From an uncultured Lachnospiraceae bacterium (GTDB lineage: Bacteria; Bacillota; Clostridia; Lachnospirales; Lachnospiraceae), in the NCBI GenBank assembly GCA_910586755.1, contig CAJUJM010000070.1, forward strand, positions 2,782 through 66,781: a DNA stretch of 64,000 nt. The letters are read 5' to 3'. Numbering within the stretch: the stretch's first letter is position 1; the number at the start of each line of letters is the position of its first letter. Shown here piece after piece: positions 28,147-36,687 of the stretch. A program made the translations under genes and the position numbers. Under the pieces are notes generated by a model, which searched no databases, was not told where the DNA came from, and saw nothing but the letters and a program-made list of their open reading frames with translations.

Positions 28147-28968
28147 ATGAAACGAAAAATAAGCAGTATTTTGTTGAACCTGGTGCTTCTGGGATTGGGC
28201 CTGATTACAGTATATCCCTTTATCTGGATGTTTTTATCTTCTTTTAAGAAAAACAAGGAGATTATGGCCCTGCATCAGACCCTGCTTCCTCAGAAATTCA
28301 TTTTTACTAACTACGTTACCATGAACTCCCGGTTTAATTTCCTGCGGTTCTTTGCAAACAGCTTATTTATTACGCTGGCAGTGACCGTTATTGTGATTTA
28401 TACCAGCACCCTTTGCGGATTCGTATTAAGCAAATATAAATTTAAAGGAAGGGATCTGCTGTTTGGCTTTGTCCTTTCCACCATGATGATTCCCTGGTGT
28501 GTGACTATCATCCCCAAATACTCTATGATTCAGGCTTTTGGATGGATGGACAGCTATGCTGCCTTGATTATTCCGGCCATGTTCAGCGGCTTCGGTATTT
28601 TTATGATGAAGCAGCACATTGCTTCTATTCCGGATGAAATTTTGGAGGCAGCCCGGATTGACGGGGCCAATGAATTTTATATCTTTCACAGGATCGTATT
28701 TCCCCTGGCAAAAAACGGCATTTCCAGTATTGCCATCTTCCAGTTTTTATGGGCCTGGGAAGATTATCTGTGGCCCTATTTGGTGATTAACACCCAGGAA
28801 AAACAGCTTTTATCCGTTGGACTTAAGATGTTTAACGGACAGTATTCCACCGACTACGGCGCATTATTTGCGGCAACAACCATTTCCATTATTCCGGTGT
28901 TGCTGATCTACTTATTCTTCCAGAAACGGTTTATTGCAGGTATTGCTGCTTCTGCCGTGAAAGGATAA
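28147..28968 (+). CDS. Carbohydrate ABC transporter permease (MalG/UgpE-like)
   Basis: 273 aa with 6 TM segments and an EAA loop (EAARIDGANEFYIF). Confidence 0.88.
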   Translation: MKRKISSILLNLVLLGLGLITVYPFIWMFLSSFKKNKEIMALHQTLLPQKFIFTNYVTMNSRFNFLRFFANSLFITLAVTVIVIYTSTLCGFVLSKYKFKGRDLLFGFVLSTMMIPWCVTIIPKYSMIQAFGWMDSYAALIIPAMFSGFGIFMMKQHIASIPDEILEAARIDGANEFYIFHRIVFPLAKNGISSIAIFQFLWAWEDYLWPYLVINTQEKQLLSVGLKMFNGQYSTDYGALFAATTISIIPVLLIYLFFQKRFIAGIAASAVKG

Positions 28969-28978
28969 CATGATGCCA

Positions 28979-29031
28979 GGGTCAAAAGGTCATGTATGAC
29001 ATGCTTGCATGTCGATACATGAATTTGACCC
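28979..29031 (+). other. Long imperfect intercistronic stem-loop
   Basis: Outer stem GGGTCAAA (28979-28986) pairs with TTTGACCC (29024-29031). Inner stem CATGTATGACATGC (28991-29004) pairs with GCATGTCGATACATG (29007-29021), with one bulge. No T-run follows. Confidence 0.65.
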
Positions 29032-29069
29032 CAACATCATAACATTCGTAAAACCGAAAGGAGACCGCC

Positions 29070-31499
29070 ATGCAGGACATTTATAAAGTGACAACCAACC
29101 CAAAGGCTGAGGCAGAAAATATGGTGACAGGAGAGCGCTACCGGATTACGGTGCTGACAGAAGGACTGCTGCGATTGGAGTACAGCCAGGACGGCGATTT
29201 TGAGGACCGGCCTACCCAGATGGCGTTTTTCCGGGACTTTCCCCCTGCGGATTACCGGATTATCCGAAGGGAGGACGGAATTGAGATTCACACCAAACGG
29301 CTGCAGCTGATTTATAATGAGAAGGAGTTTTCCAGCTTTGGACTCAGCGTCCAGGTTAAGGGGAATTTAAGCGCTTACCACAGTATCTGGCATTACGGCG
29401 AAGAAATAAAAGATTTAGGGGGAACTGCCAGAACCTTAGACGAGGCGGACGGAGCCATAGATTTAGACCGGGGGGTGGTCTCCAGATTCGGTTATTCGGT
29501 TTTGGATGACAGCCGTTCTCAGATTCTTTTAGAGGACGGCTGGCTGGAACCCAGAAAAAAGGGAATTAAAGATCTGTATTTCTTTGGCTACGGCCATGAC
29601 TACAAGGAGGCTTTAGGGGCGTTTTACCATCTGGCCGGAAGAACCCCAATGCTTCCCAGGTATGCTCTGGGCAACTGGTGGAGCCGGTTTTATCCTTACT
29701 CAGAAGAAAGCTATCTGGAGCTGATGGATCGGTTTGAGAAAGAAAACCTGCCTTTTTCCGTAGCAGTCATTGATACAGACTGGCATTTGACAGATATTGA
29801 TCCAAAATACGGAAGCGGCTGGACCGGATATACCTGGAACCGGAAACTGTTCCCGGATCCGGCCGGATTTTTAAAAAACCTTCATGACAGAGGAATGAAG
29901 ATTACCTTAAATGTCCACCCGGCAGAAGGAGTCAAAGGTCATGAGGAAATGTATGAAACCATGGCAAAAGTTATGGGGGTGGACTATGAGAAGGGAGATC
30001 CGGTAAACTGCGACCCGGCGGATCCAAAATACATAGAAGCGTATTTCCAATATCTCCATCACCCCAGGGAAGAGGAAGGGGTGGACTTCTGGTGGATAGA
30101 CTGGCAGCAAGGGGGAAATTGCAAGGTAGAAGGGTTGGATCCTCTCTGGATTTTTAATCATTTTCATTTTCTGGACAATAAGCGGAACGGGAAACGTCCT
30201 ATGACCTTTTCCCGGTATGCCGGCCCGGGAAGCCACCGCTATCCGGTGGGATTTTCCGGCGATACCCTGATTACCTGGGAGTCTCTGGACTTTCAGCCTT
30301 ATTTTACTTCTACTGCATCTAATATCGGATATGGCTGGTGGAGCCACGATATTGGGGGTCACATGATGGGATACAAAGATGACGAGATGGCGGCAAGGTG
30401 GGTACAGCTGGGGGTATTTTCTCCCATTATGCGCCTTCACAGCTCATCCAGCCCCTTTAATGGCAAGGAACCCTGGCGTTACAAAAAGGAAGCGGAGCTG
30501 GTTATGGGGAATGCCTTGAGAAACCGTCATGAAATGCTTCCCTACCTTTATACCATGAATTACCGAAGCTATGCAGAAAACCTGCCCCTGGTTCTTCCTA
30601 TGTATTACCAGTACCCGGAAGAGTCCCAGGCTTACCAGGTGAAAAATCAATACCTTTTTGGCACGGAACTTTTGGTATCTCCTATTACCTGCAAACGGAT
30701 TCCGGGAATCAACGTGGCCCCGGTAAAAACTTGGCTTCCTGAGGGATTGTGGTATGATATTTATAGTGGTATGATGTACGAAGGAGGAAGAAGCCTTACC
30801 ATGTACCGGGGTCTGGAATCCATTCCGGTGTTGGCAAAAGCGGGAGCAATCCTTCCCTTTACCCGTGAAATCAGCGCAAAGCAGGCCGGATCAAACCCGT
30901 CTTCTCTGGCAGTGAAAATTTATGCAGGAGCAAAGGGCAGCTTCTGCCTATATGAAGATGATAATGAGACTTGTGATTATGAAAAAGGGATCTGCGTTTC
31001 CACCAGAATGGAATATCAGGAACACCGGGAAGACAACCAGGCAGTATTTACCATTTGTCCGGCAGAAGGGAGTCTGGATTTAATTCCTCAAAAGCGGAGC
31101 TGGACATTGGAGTTTGCTGGTTATGAGAGAAAGGCGGCAGACAGCCTGCAGGTATTGGCAGACGGACAGCAGATTCCGGTATCTGTCTGTTACGATTCAC
31201 GCTTCCAGTCCGTAATAGCAGAATTGCCGGCGATACCGGTGAATAGAAAGATTCAGGCTTTTCTGGATATAGATCTTCAGGCAAAGGAAAATCATCAGGC
31301 AGAGGCATGCTTTGAGTTCCTGAATCAGGCGGAGATAGCATTTCCCTTAAAAGATGAGTTGTATCGCCTTATAACAGGCGGAGGACAGGGGATAAGAACC
31401 GAAAGGATTCCGGCTTTACTGGGAGAGCTGGCAGCTATGGAATTGGACAAAGATCTGTATGGGGCTCTGGCGGAGATCCTAACGGCGCGGACATTGTAA
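29070..31499 (+). CDS. Glycoside hydrolase family 31 (alpha-glucosidase-like)
   Basis: 809 aa. GH31-like catalytic (beta/alpha)8 region with WTGYTWNRKLFPDP, VDFWWIDWQQGG and GFSGDT motifs. Substrate specificity cannot be read from the sequence alone. Confidence 0.7.
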   Translation: MQDIYKVTTNPKAEAENMVTGERYRITVLTEGLLRLEYSQDGDFEDRPTQMAFFRDFPPADYRIIRREDGIEIHTKRLQLIYNEKEFSSFGLSVQVKGNLSAYHSIWHYGEEIKDLGGTARTLDEADGAIDLDRGVVSRFGYSVLDDSRSQILLEDGWLEPRKKGIKDLYFFGYGHDYKEALGAFYHLAGRTPMLPRYALGNWWSRFYPYSEESYLELMDRFEKENLPFSVAVIDTDWHLTDIDPKYGSGWTGYTWNRKLFPDPAGFLKNLHDRGMKITLNVHPAEGVKGHEEMYETMAKVMGVDYEKGDPVNCDPADPKYIEAYFQYLHHPREEEGVDFWWIDWQQGGNCKVEGLDPLWIFNHFHFLDNKRNGKRPMTFSRYAGPGSHRYPVGFSGDTLITWESLDFQPYFTSTASNIGYGWWSHDIGGHMMGYKDDEMAARWVQLGVFSPIMRLHSSSSPFNGKEPWRYKKEAELVMGNALRNRHEMLPYLYTMNYRSYAENLPLVLPMYYQYPEESQAYQVKNQYLFGTELLVSPITCKRIPGINVAPVKTWLPEGLWYDIYSGMMYEGGRSLTMYRGLESIPVLAKAGAILPFTREISAKQAGSNPSSLAVKIYAGAKGSFCLYEDDNETCDYEKGICVSTRMEYQEHREDNQAVFTICPAEGSLDLIPQKRSWTLEFAGYERKAADSLQVLADGQQIPVSVCYDSRFQSVIAELPAIPVNRKIQAFLDIDLQAKENHQAEACFEFLNQAEIAFPLKDELYRLITGGGQGIRTERIPALLGELAAMELDKDLYGALAEILTARTL

Positions 31500-31580
31500 A
31501 AGCAAGCTGGCAGTCAGGCGCAGGAAGGCTTACAGAATAAGGCTTTTTCTAAAATTTAACAAAGTAGAAAGGATACCCTT

Positions 31581-33245
31581 ATGAACAGACAATGGTGGCA
31601 TAACAAGATAGCGTATCAAATCTATCCCAAAAGTTTTTATGATTCCAACGGCGACGGAATTGGAGATTTGCCGGGAATTATTGAAAAGCTGGATTATCTT
31701 TCCTATTTAGGAGTAGATATTCTGTGGCTTTCCCCCATTTACCAGTCGCCCCTGGCTGACCAGGGGTACGACATCTCCGATTACTATAAGATCGATCCCC
31801 GCTTTGGCACTATGGAAGATATGGACAGGCTGATTACAGAAGCAAAAAAACGAAACATGTACATACTCATGGATCTTGTAGTGAACCATTGCTCTGACGA
31901 GCATCTGTGGTTTCAAAAGGCCATACAGGATCCGGAAGGGGAATATGGGAACTTTTTCTATCTGGCAGATGAGGGGGAGAAAAAGCCCTGCAACTGGCGC
32001 TCTTATTTCGGGGGATCCGTCTGGTCCCCTCTTCCAGGAACCGGAAAGCAGTATCTTCATATGTTTCACAAAAAGCAGCCGGATTTAAACTGGGAAAACC
32101 CCAGAGTACGGGAGGAAATTTATAAAAACATTAACTGGTGGATGGAAAAAGGCCTGGCCGGGTTCCGGATTGACGCCATTATTAACATCAAAAAGCCCCT
32201 TCCCTTTTCCGACTATCCGGCAGACAGGGAGGACGGGCTGTGCAGTCCGGAGGTTATGCTGGCCAATGCCTCGGGGATCGGAGAATTTTTAGGGGAAATG
32301 CGGGATGAGACCTTTGCCAAGTATCAGGCTTTTACTGTGGGGGAGGTATTTAATGAGAAGCCGGAGGATCTGGAAAAATTTATCGGAGAAAACGGATATT
32401 TCTCCACTATGTTTGACTTCCACGAGGCGGTCATTGGACACAGTCCCAAAGGGGCTTATGATAACCGGCCGGTAACTCCGGAAGAATACAAAAACGCATG
32501 CTTTACGGCCCAGGCAAAAATCGGGGATACAGGCTTTTACTCTAATCTTATTGAAAACCATGACGAGCCCAGAGGCGTCAGCCATTATCTGCCGGGCCCG
32601 CCCTGTGAGGCGGCCAAGAAAATGTTGGCCGGGTTGTATTTTATGCTTCGGGGAATTCCTTTTATCTATCAGGGACAAGAGATCGGGATGGAGAATACAG
32701 AAGTTTCCTCCATTGAACAGATAGACGATATCTCCGCAAGAGGAGAGTATGAGACAGCCTTAAAAGCCGGCCTTTCACCGGAAGAAGCCCTGGCCGCTGT
32801 CAGCCTTATGAGCCGGGACAATGCCAGAACGCCTATGCAGTGGGAGGACAGCCCTGGCGCAGGCTTTACCAAAGGCACGCCCTGGCTTTCTGTGAATCCC
32901 AATTATCACCGGATCCATGCGGCAGATCAGATGGAAAGGGAAGACTCTCTGTTTCAATTCTACCGAAAGCTGATTGGTCTGAGAAAAGATTCGGACTATG
33001 GAGAAACCCTGGTATATGGAAGCTTTGCGCCGTATCTGAAAGAACAGAAAAACCTGATGGCCTATTTCCGAAAAGGGCCGGAAAAGACTTTGCTGGTGAT
33101 GGGGAATTTTCAAAAGGAACCTCAGGAAGCAGTCCTTCCCGGAGTGGCTGCCAGGATTGTGCTAAATAACCTGCCTCATACGGAGATAAAAGAAAATAAG
33201 ATCATGCTGGAAGGGTGGCAGTATGTGATTTTAGAAGTGAAATAG
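31581..33245 (+). CDS. GH13 oligo-1,6-glucosidase / alpha-glucosidase
   Basis: 554 aa with GH13 conserved regions DLVVNH, GFRIDAI, GEVF and ENHDEPR, and the N-terminal WW..KIAYQIYPKSF typical of subfamily 31-like enzymes. Confidence 0.88.
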   Translation: MNRQWWHNKIAYQIYPKSFYDSNGDGIGDLPGIIEKLDYLSYLGVDILWLSPIYQSPLADQGYDISDYYKIDPRFGTMEDMDRLITEAKKRNMYILMDLVVNHCSDEHLWFQKAIQDPEGEYGNFFYLADEGEKKPCNWRSYFGGSVWSPLPGTGKQYLHMFHKKQPDLNWENPRVREEIYKNINWWMEKGLAGFRIDAIINIKKPLPFSDYPADREDGLCSPEVMLANASGIGEFLGEMRDETFAKYQAFTVGEVFNEKPEDLEKFIGENGYFSTMFDFHEAVIGHSPKGAYDNRPVTPEEYKNACFTAQAKIGDTGFYSNLIENHDEPRGVSHYLPGPPCEAAKKMLAGLYFMLRGIPFIYQGQEIGMENTEVSSIEQIDDISARGEYETALKAGLSPEEALAAVSLMSRDNARTPMQWEDSPGAGFTKGTPWLSVNPNYHRIHAADQMEREDSLFQFYRKLIGLRKDSDYGETLVYGSFAPYLKEQKNLMAYFRKGPEKTLLVMGNFQKEPQEAVLPGVAARIVLNNLPHTEIKENKIMLEGWQYVILEVK

Positions 33246-33308
33246 TGAAGAGGAAATACCCTGCGGGCATCCCTGTATGCCCAAAAAACAGGGCAATAAG
33301 GAGGAAAT

Positions 33309-34955
33309 ATGGAAGGAGAACGTAAGCAGGATTGGTGGAAAAATACGGTGGTTTACCAGATCTATCCCCGGAGTTTTCAGGACAGCAACGGTGACGGGAT
33401 AGGGGATTTGCCGGGAATTGTAAGCCGTTTGGACTATTTAAAGGAGTTAGGGATCGGCGCTGTATGGCTTAGCCCGGTCTGCCGTTCTCCCCAGGCTGAC
33501 AATGGCTATGATATCTCTGATTATCAGGACATTGATCCGTTGTTTGGCACTCTTGGGGACATGGATACGTTAATTAAAGAGGCCGAAAAGAGAGGGATCC
33601 GGATTATCCTGGATCTGGTGTTAAATCATTCCTCCAACCAGCATCCCTGGTTTTTGGAGGCCAAAAAGAGCAAAGAGAACCCTTACCACGATTATTACAT
33701 CTGGCGGGATGGAAAAGAGGGCTGTCCGCCCAATGACATGAGAGGGGTTTTTGGCGGCTCTGCCTGGGAGTGGGTTCCGGAAATCGGCCAATACTACTTC
33801 CATCAATTTACGGTAGAGCAGCCGGATTTAAACTGGGAGAATCCCAGAGTAAGGGAAGACATCTACAAAATGATTAATTGGTGGATGGACAGAGGGATAG
33901 GAGGATTCCGGCTGGACGTGCTGGATCAGATCGCCAAGGAGCCGGATAAAAAGATTACCAGAAACGGCCCTATGCTCCACACCTATATTAAGGAACTAAG
34001 CAGCCGGACTTTCCAGAGAGGAGACCTGATTACCGTAGGAGAGGCCTGGGGAGCTACCATTGAAAATGCTCCTGTTTACAGCAATCCGGACGGAAGCGAG
34101 GTTTCCATGGTGTTCCAATTTGAGCATATTAACCTGGATCAGCAGCCGGACGGTGAAAAGTGGGATCTGGCCCCATTGGACTTGGTAAAGTTAAAGGCGA
34201 TTCTGGAAAAATGGCAGAAAGGCCTTTACCAAAAAGGGTGGAACAGCTTGTTCTGGGACAACCATGATCTTCCCCGCATTGTGTCCCGGTGGGGCAATGA
34301 CAAAGAGTACCGGACAGAATCTGCAAAAATGCTGGCAACCATCCTTCACGGGATGCAGGGAACCCCTTACATTTATCAGGGAGAAGAACTGGGAATGACC
34401 AATGTAAAGCTTTCGATGGAACAGTACCAGGATGTGGAAACTCTCAACATGTACAAAGAGCGCAAAGAACGGGGATATTCTACGGAATCGATTATGCAGT
34501 CTCTCTACGCCAAGAGCCGGGATAACGCCAGAACCCCCATGCAGTGGGACGATTCCGAAAATGCCGGTTTCACCGCCGGGACCCCATGGCTGCCGGTAAA
34601 TCCCAACTATATAGAGATTAATGCCGCATCCCAGACAGGGGATCCGGATTCTGTATTTTCCTACTATAAAACCCTGGTAGGCCTGCGGAAGGAATATGAA
34701 ATTCTGGCAGAGGGAGACTTTCAGCTGATTTACAGAGAGGATCCGGATATTTTTGCCTATGTACGCACCCTGGGGAACCAAAAGCTTTTGGTACTTGCCA
34801 ATTTCCATGGGACAAAAGTTCCCTTTACCGTTCCCGCGGAATTTGACAGCCAGGGAGAGAAAGGCGGAATCAGAACATTGATCCGCAACTATCCGGACAG
34901 AGAACCGGGGATACTAAGGCCCTATGAGGCGTTTATGATTTTTGCGGAATTGTAA
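33309..34955 (+). CDS. GH13 oligo-1,6-glucosidase / alpha-glucosidase (paralogue)
   Basis: 548 aa with DLVLNH, GFRLDVL, GEAW and DNHDLPR motifs. Confidence 0.88.
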   Translation: MEGERKQDWWKNTVVYQIYPRSFQDSNGDGIGDLPGIVSRLDYLKELGIGAVWLSPVCRSPQADNGYDISDYQDIDPLFGTLGDMDTLIKEAEKRGIRIILDLVLNHSSNQHPWFLEAKKSKENPYHDYYIWRDGKEGCPPNDMRGVFGGSAWEWVPEIGQYYFHQFTVEQPDLNWENPRVREDIYKMINWWMDRGIGGFRLDVLDQIAKEPDKKITRNGPMLHTYIKELSSRTFQRGDLITVGEAWGATIENAPVYSNPDGSEVSMVFQFEHINLDQQPDGEKWDLAPLDLVKLKAILEKWQKGLYQKGWNSLFWDNHDLPRIVSRWGNDKEYRTESAKMLATILHGMQGTPYIYQGEELGMTNVKLSMEQYQDVETLNMYKERKERGYSTESIMQSLYAKSRDNARTPMQWDDSENAGFTAGTPWLPVNPNYIEINAASQTGDPDSVFSYYKTLVGLRKEYEILAEGDFQLIYREDPDIFAYVRTLGNQKLLVLANFHGTKVPFTVPAEFDSQGEKGGIRTLIRNYPDREPGILRPYEAFMIFAEL

Positions 34956-35102
34956 GTATCGCTGCAGGGCTACTTGCCATAGCCGATAAGTGTAAACCTT
35001 ACATACAGGCCAGAAAAGAAAGGATAAAAAAGACCCATTCACAAGCTTAGCGGCAATGGATGGGCCGGAAGATGACTGCTAAAGCAGTCATTCAATGTCC
35101 GG

Positions 35103-35128
35103 GGCAGCGTGCTATCGCTGCCTTTTTT
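35103..35128 (+). terminator. Intrinsic terminator after the second GH13 gene
   Basis: GGCAGCG (35103-35109) pairs with CGCTGCC (35116-35122), followed by T6. Confidence 0.85.
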
Positions 35129-35333
35129 CATTTTTATCTTACCACAGTAAACCTGCCATAAAGTCTCTTTTTGTCGATCCTAAAATGGATTAGATTTGTT
35201 TCCAATATTGTGGTATATTTAGTATAGTGGGAGCATGAAATGCGGGGCAATCCGCGTATCATAGGGAGCAAAATACCTTTTGCCCCAACATATTTAGAAG
35301 GTGCAGATTGTACTAAGAATGTGAGGTAAAAAC

Positions 35334-35936
35334 ATGCTTGAAAATAAATTGGGGATTACGGATTCAGCGGAATTAGCAAGAGCAGAAGAAAAAATTAGCA
35401 AGCAAAAGGCTGTCGAGATGTATGAAAATGGTTTTTTGGAAAGACTGGAGCCGGGAACCTATAAAAGCCTTGCAATGATTCATAAATATCTTTTCAGTGA
35501 AATCTATGATTTTGCCGGTGAGCTCCGCAAAGTCAATATCTCCAAAGGGAATTTTCGATTCGCACCACTTATGTATCTGGAAGCGGCGCTACAAAGTATT
35601 GATAAAATGCCCCAGTCAACTTTTGATGAAATAATCGAAAAATATGTAGAAATGAATATAGCCCATCCATTCAGAGAGGGAAATGGGAGAAGTACAAGGA
35701 TATGGCTTGATATAATACTGAAGAAAAAGATTGGTTATGTTATTGACTGGAGTAAAGTTGATAAAGGAGATTATTTGCTTGCTATGGAGCGAAGTCCAAT
35801 TAAAGATATTGAAATTAAGTTCCTTTTAAAAAATGCGCTGACAGACAATATTTATGACCGGGAAACCTATATGAAGGGAATTGATCACAGTTACTACTAT
35901 GAAGGTTATTATGCATTTAAGACCGAAGAATTATAA
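35334..35936 (+). CDS. Fic family protein (class III-like, AMP-transferase type)
   Basis: 200 aa. The Fic motif HPFREGNGRSTR is at aa 111-122 (nt 35664-35699). A C-terminal SYYYEG at aa 186-191 fits the [ST]xxxE[GN] inhibitory-helix motif. Confidence 0.88.
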   Translation: MLENKLGITDSAELARAEEKISKQKAVEMYENGFLERLEPGTYKSLAMIHKYLFSEIYDFAGELRKVNISKGNFRFAPLMYLEAALQSIDKMPQSTFDEIIEKYVEMNIAHPFREGNGRSTRIWLDIILKKKIGYVIDWSKVDKGDYLLAMERSPIKDIEIKFLLKNALTDNIYDRETYMKGIDHSYYYEGYYAFKTEEL

Positions 35937-35980
35937 TAGAGCGTTCCAAATGAATGTGGAGTAAGAAAGGAGTTTTCCCC

Positions 35981-36658
35981 ATGATAATCGCCGTTTTATC
36001 AGACACCCACGGCCTCCTAAGACCAGAAGTGGTGGAATGGATCAAAAAAGCAGATGCCATAATCCACGGAGGGGACATTAATTCTCAAAGGGTTATTGAC
36101 GAGATATCAGCCGCTAAAAACCCAGATACGCCCCTTTACATTGTCCGGGGAAACAACGACAAAGAGTGGGCCGGATATCTGCCGGAAAGTCTTGCGTTTA
36201 CCATAGAAGGAGTAAATTTTTTCCTGGTCCACAATAAAAAAGACGTCCCGGAAAAACTTTCGGGTACACAGATTATTGTTTTCGGCCATTCCCACAAATA
36301 TTCAGAGAAAATGAAAGACGGCAGGCTGTGGCTGAATCCGGGAAGCTGCGGGAAGAGAAGGTTTAATCAGGAGATTACCATGGCCGTCCTTCATCTGGAA
36401 AAGGGAAGATGGAATGTGGAAAAAATAGAGATCTCTCAGGAAGCAGGAGAAAGGGTCCAAAAGAAGCATCCGGATAATTTGCTGCTTCTCATAGAATCCG
36501 TTATTGCAGGAATGGAGAGAGGCTGGACCACAGAAAAAATCATAAAAGATTTGCAGGCAGAACCGGAGTTTGTTGACCAGATATGCCGCATTTACGTTAC
36601 CCATCCGGGGGTTACTGCCAATGGGATTTTGAATAAAATAGAGGCGAATAAGGGGTAG
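35981..36658 (+). CDS. Metallophosphoesterase (YfcE/MJ0936-like) with a C-terminal extension of about 70 aa
   Basis: AAAGGAG RBS before ATG 35981 (MIIAVLSDTHG). Motifs: GD, GNND and GHSH. The C-terminal helical extension is of unknown function. Confidence 0.8.
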   Translation: MIIAVLSDTHGLLRPEVVEWIKKADAIIHGGDINSQRVIDEISAAKNPDTPLYIVRGNNDKEWAGYLPESLAFTIEGVNFFLVHNKKDVPEKLSGTQIIVFGHSHKYSEKMKDGRLWLNPGSCGKRRFNQEITMAVLHLEKGRWNVEKIEISQEAGERVQKKHPDNLLLLIESVIAGMERGWTTEKIIKDLQAEPEFVDQICRIYVTHPGVTANGILNKIEANKG

Positions 36659-36687
36659 AACAATCGAAGAACAGGGAGGATCTATCT

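Noticed and set aside
35238-35267. Mini-ORF MKCGAIRVS (ATGAAATGCGGGGCAATCCGCGTATCATAG) upstream of fic as a possible antitoxin or leader peptide
   Set aside because: It is only 9 codons. Class III Fic proteins carry their inhibitory helix in cis, so no antitoxin is expected. The region may instead form a GGGGCAA/TTGCCCC stem.
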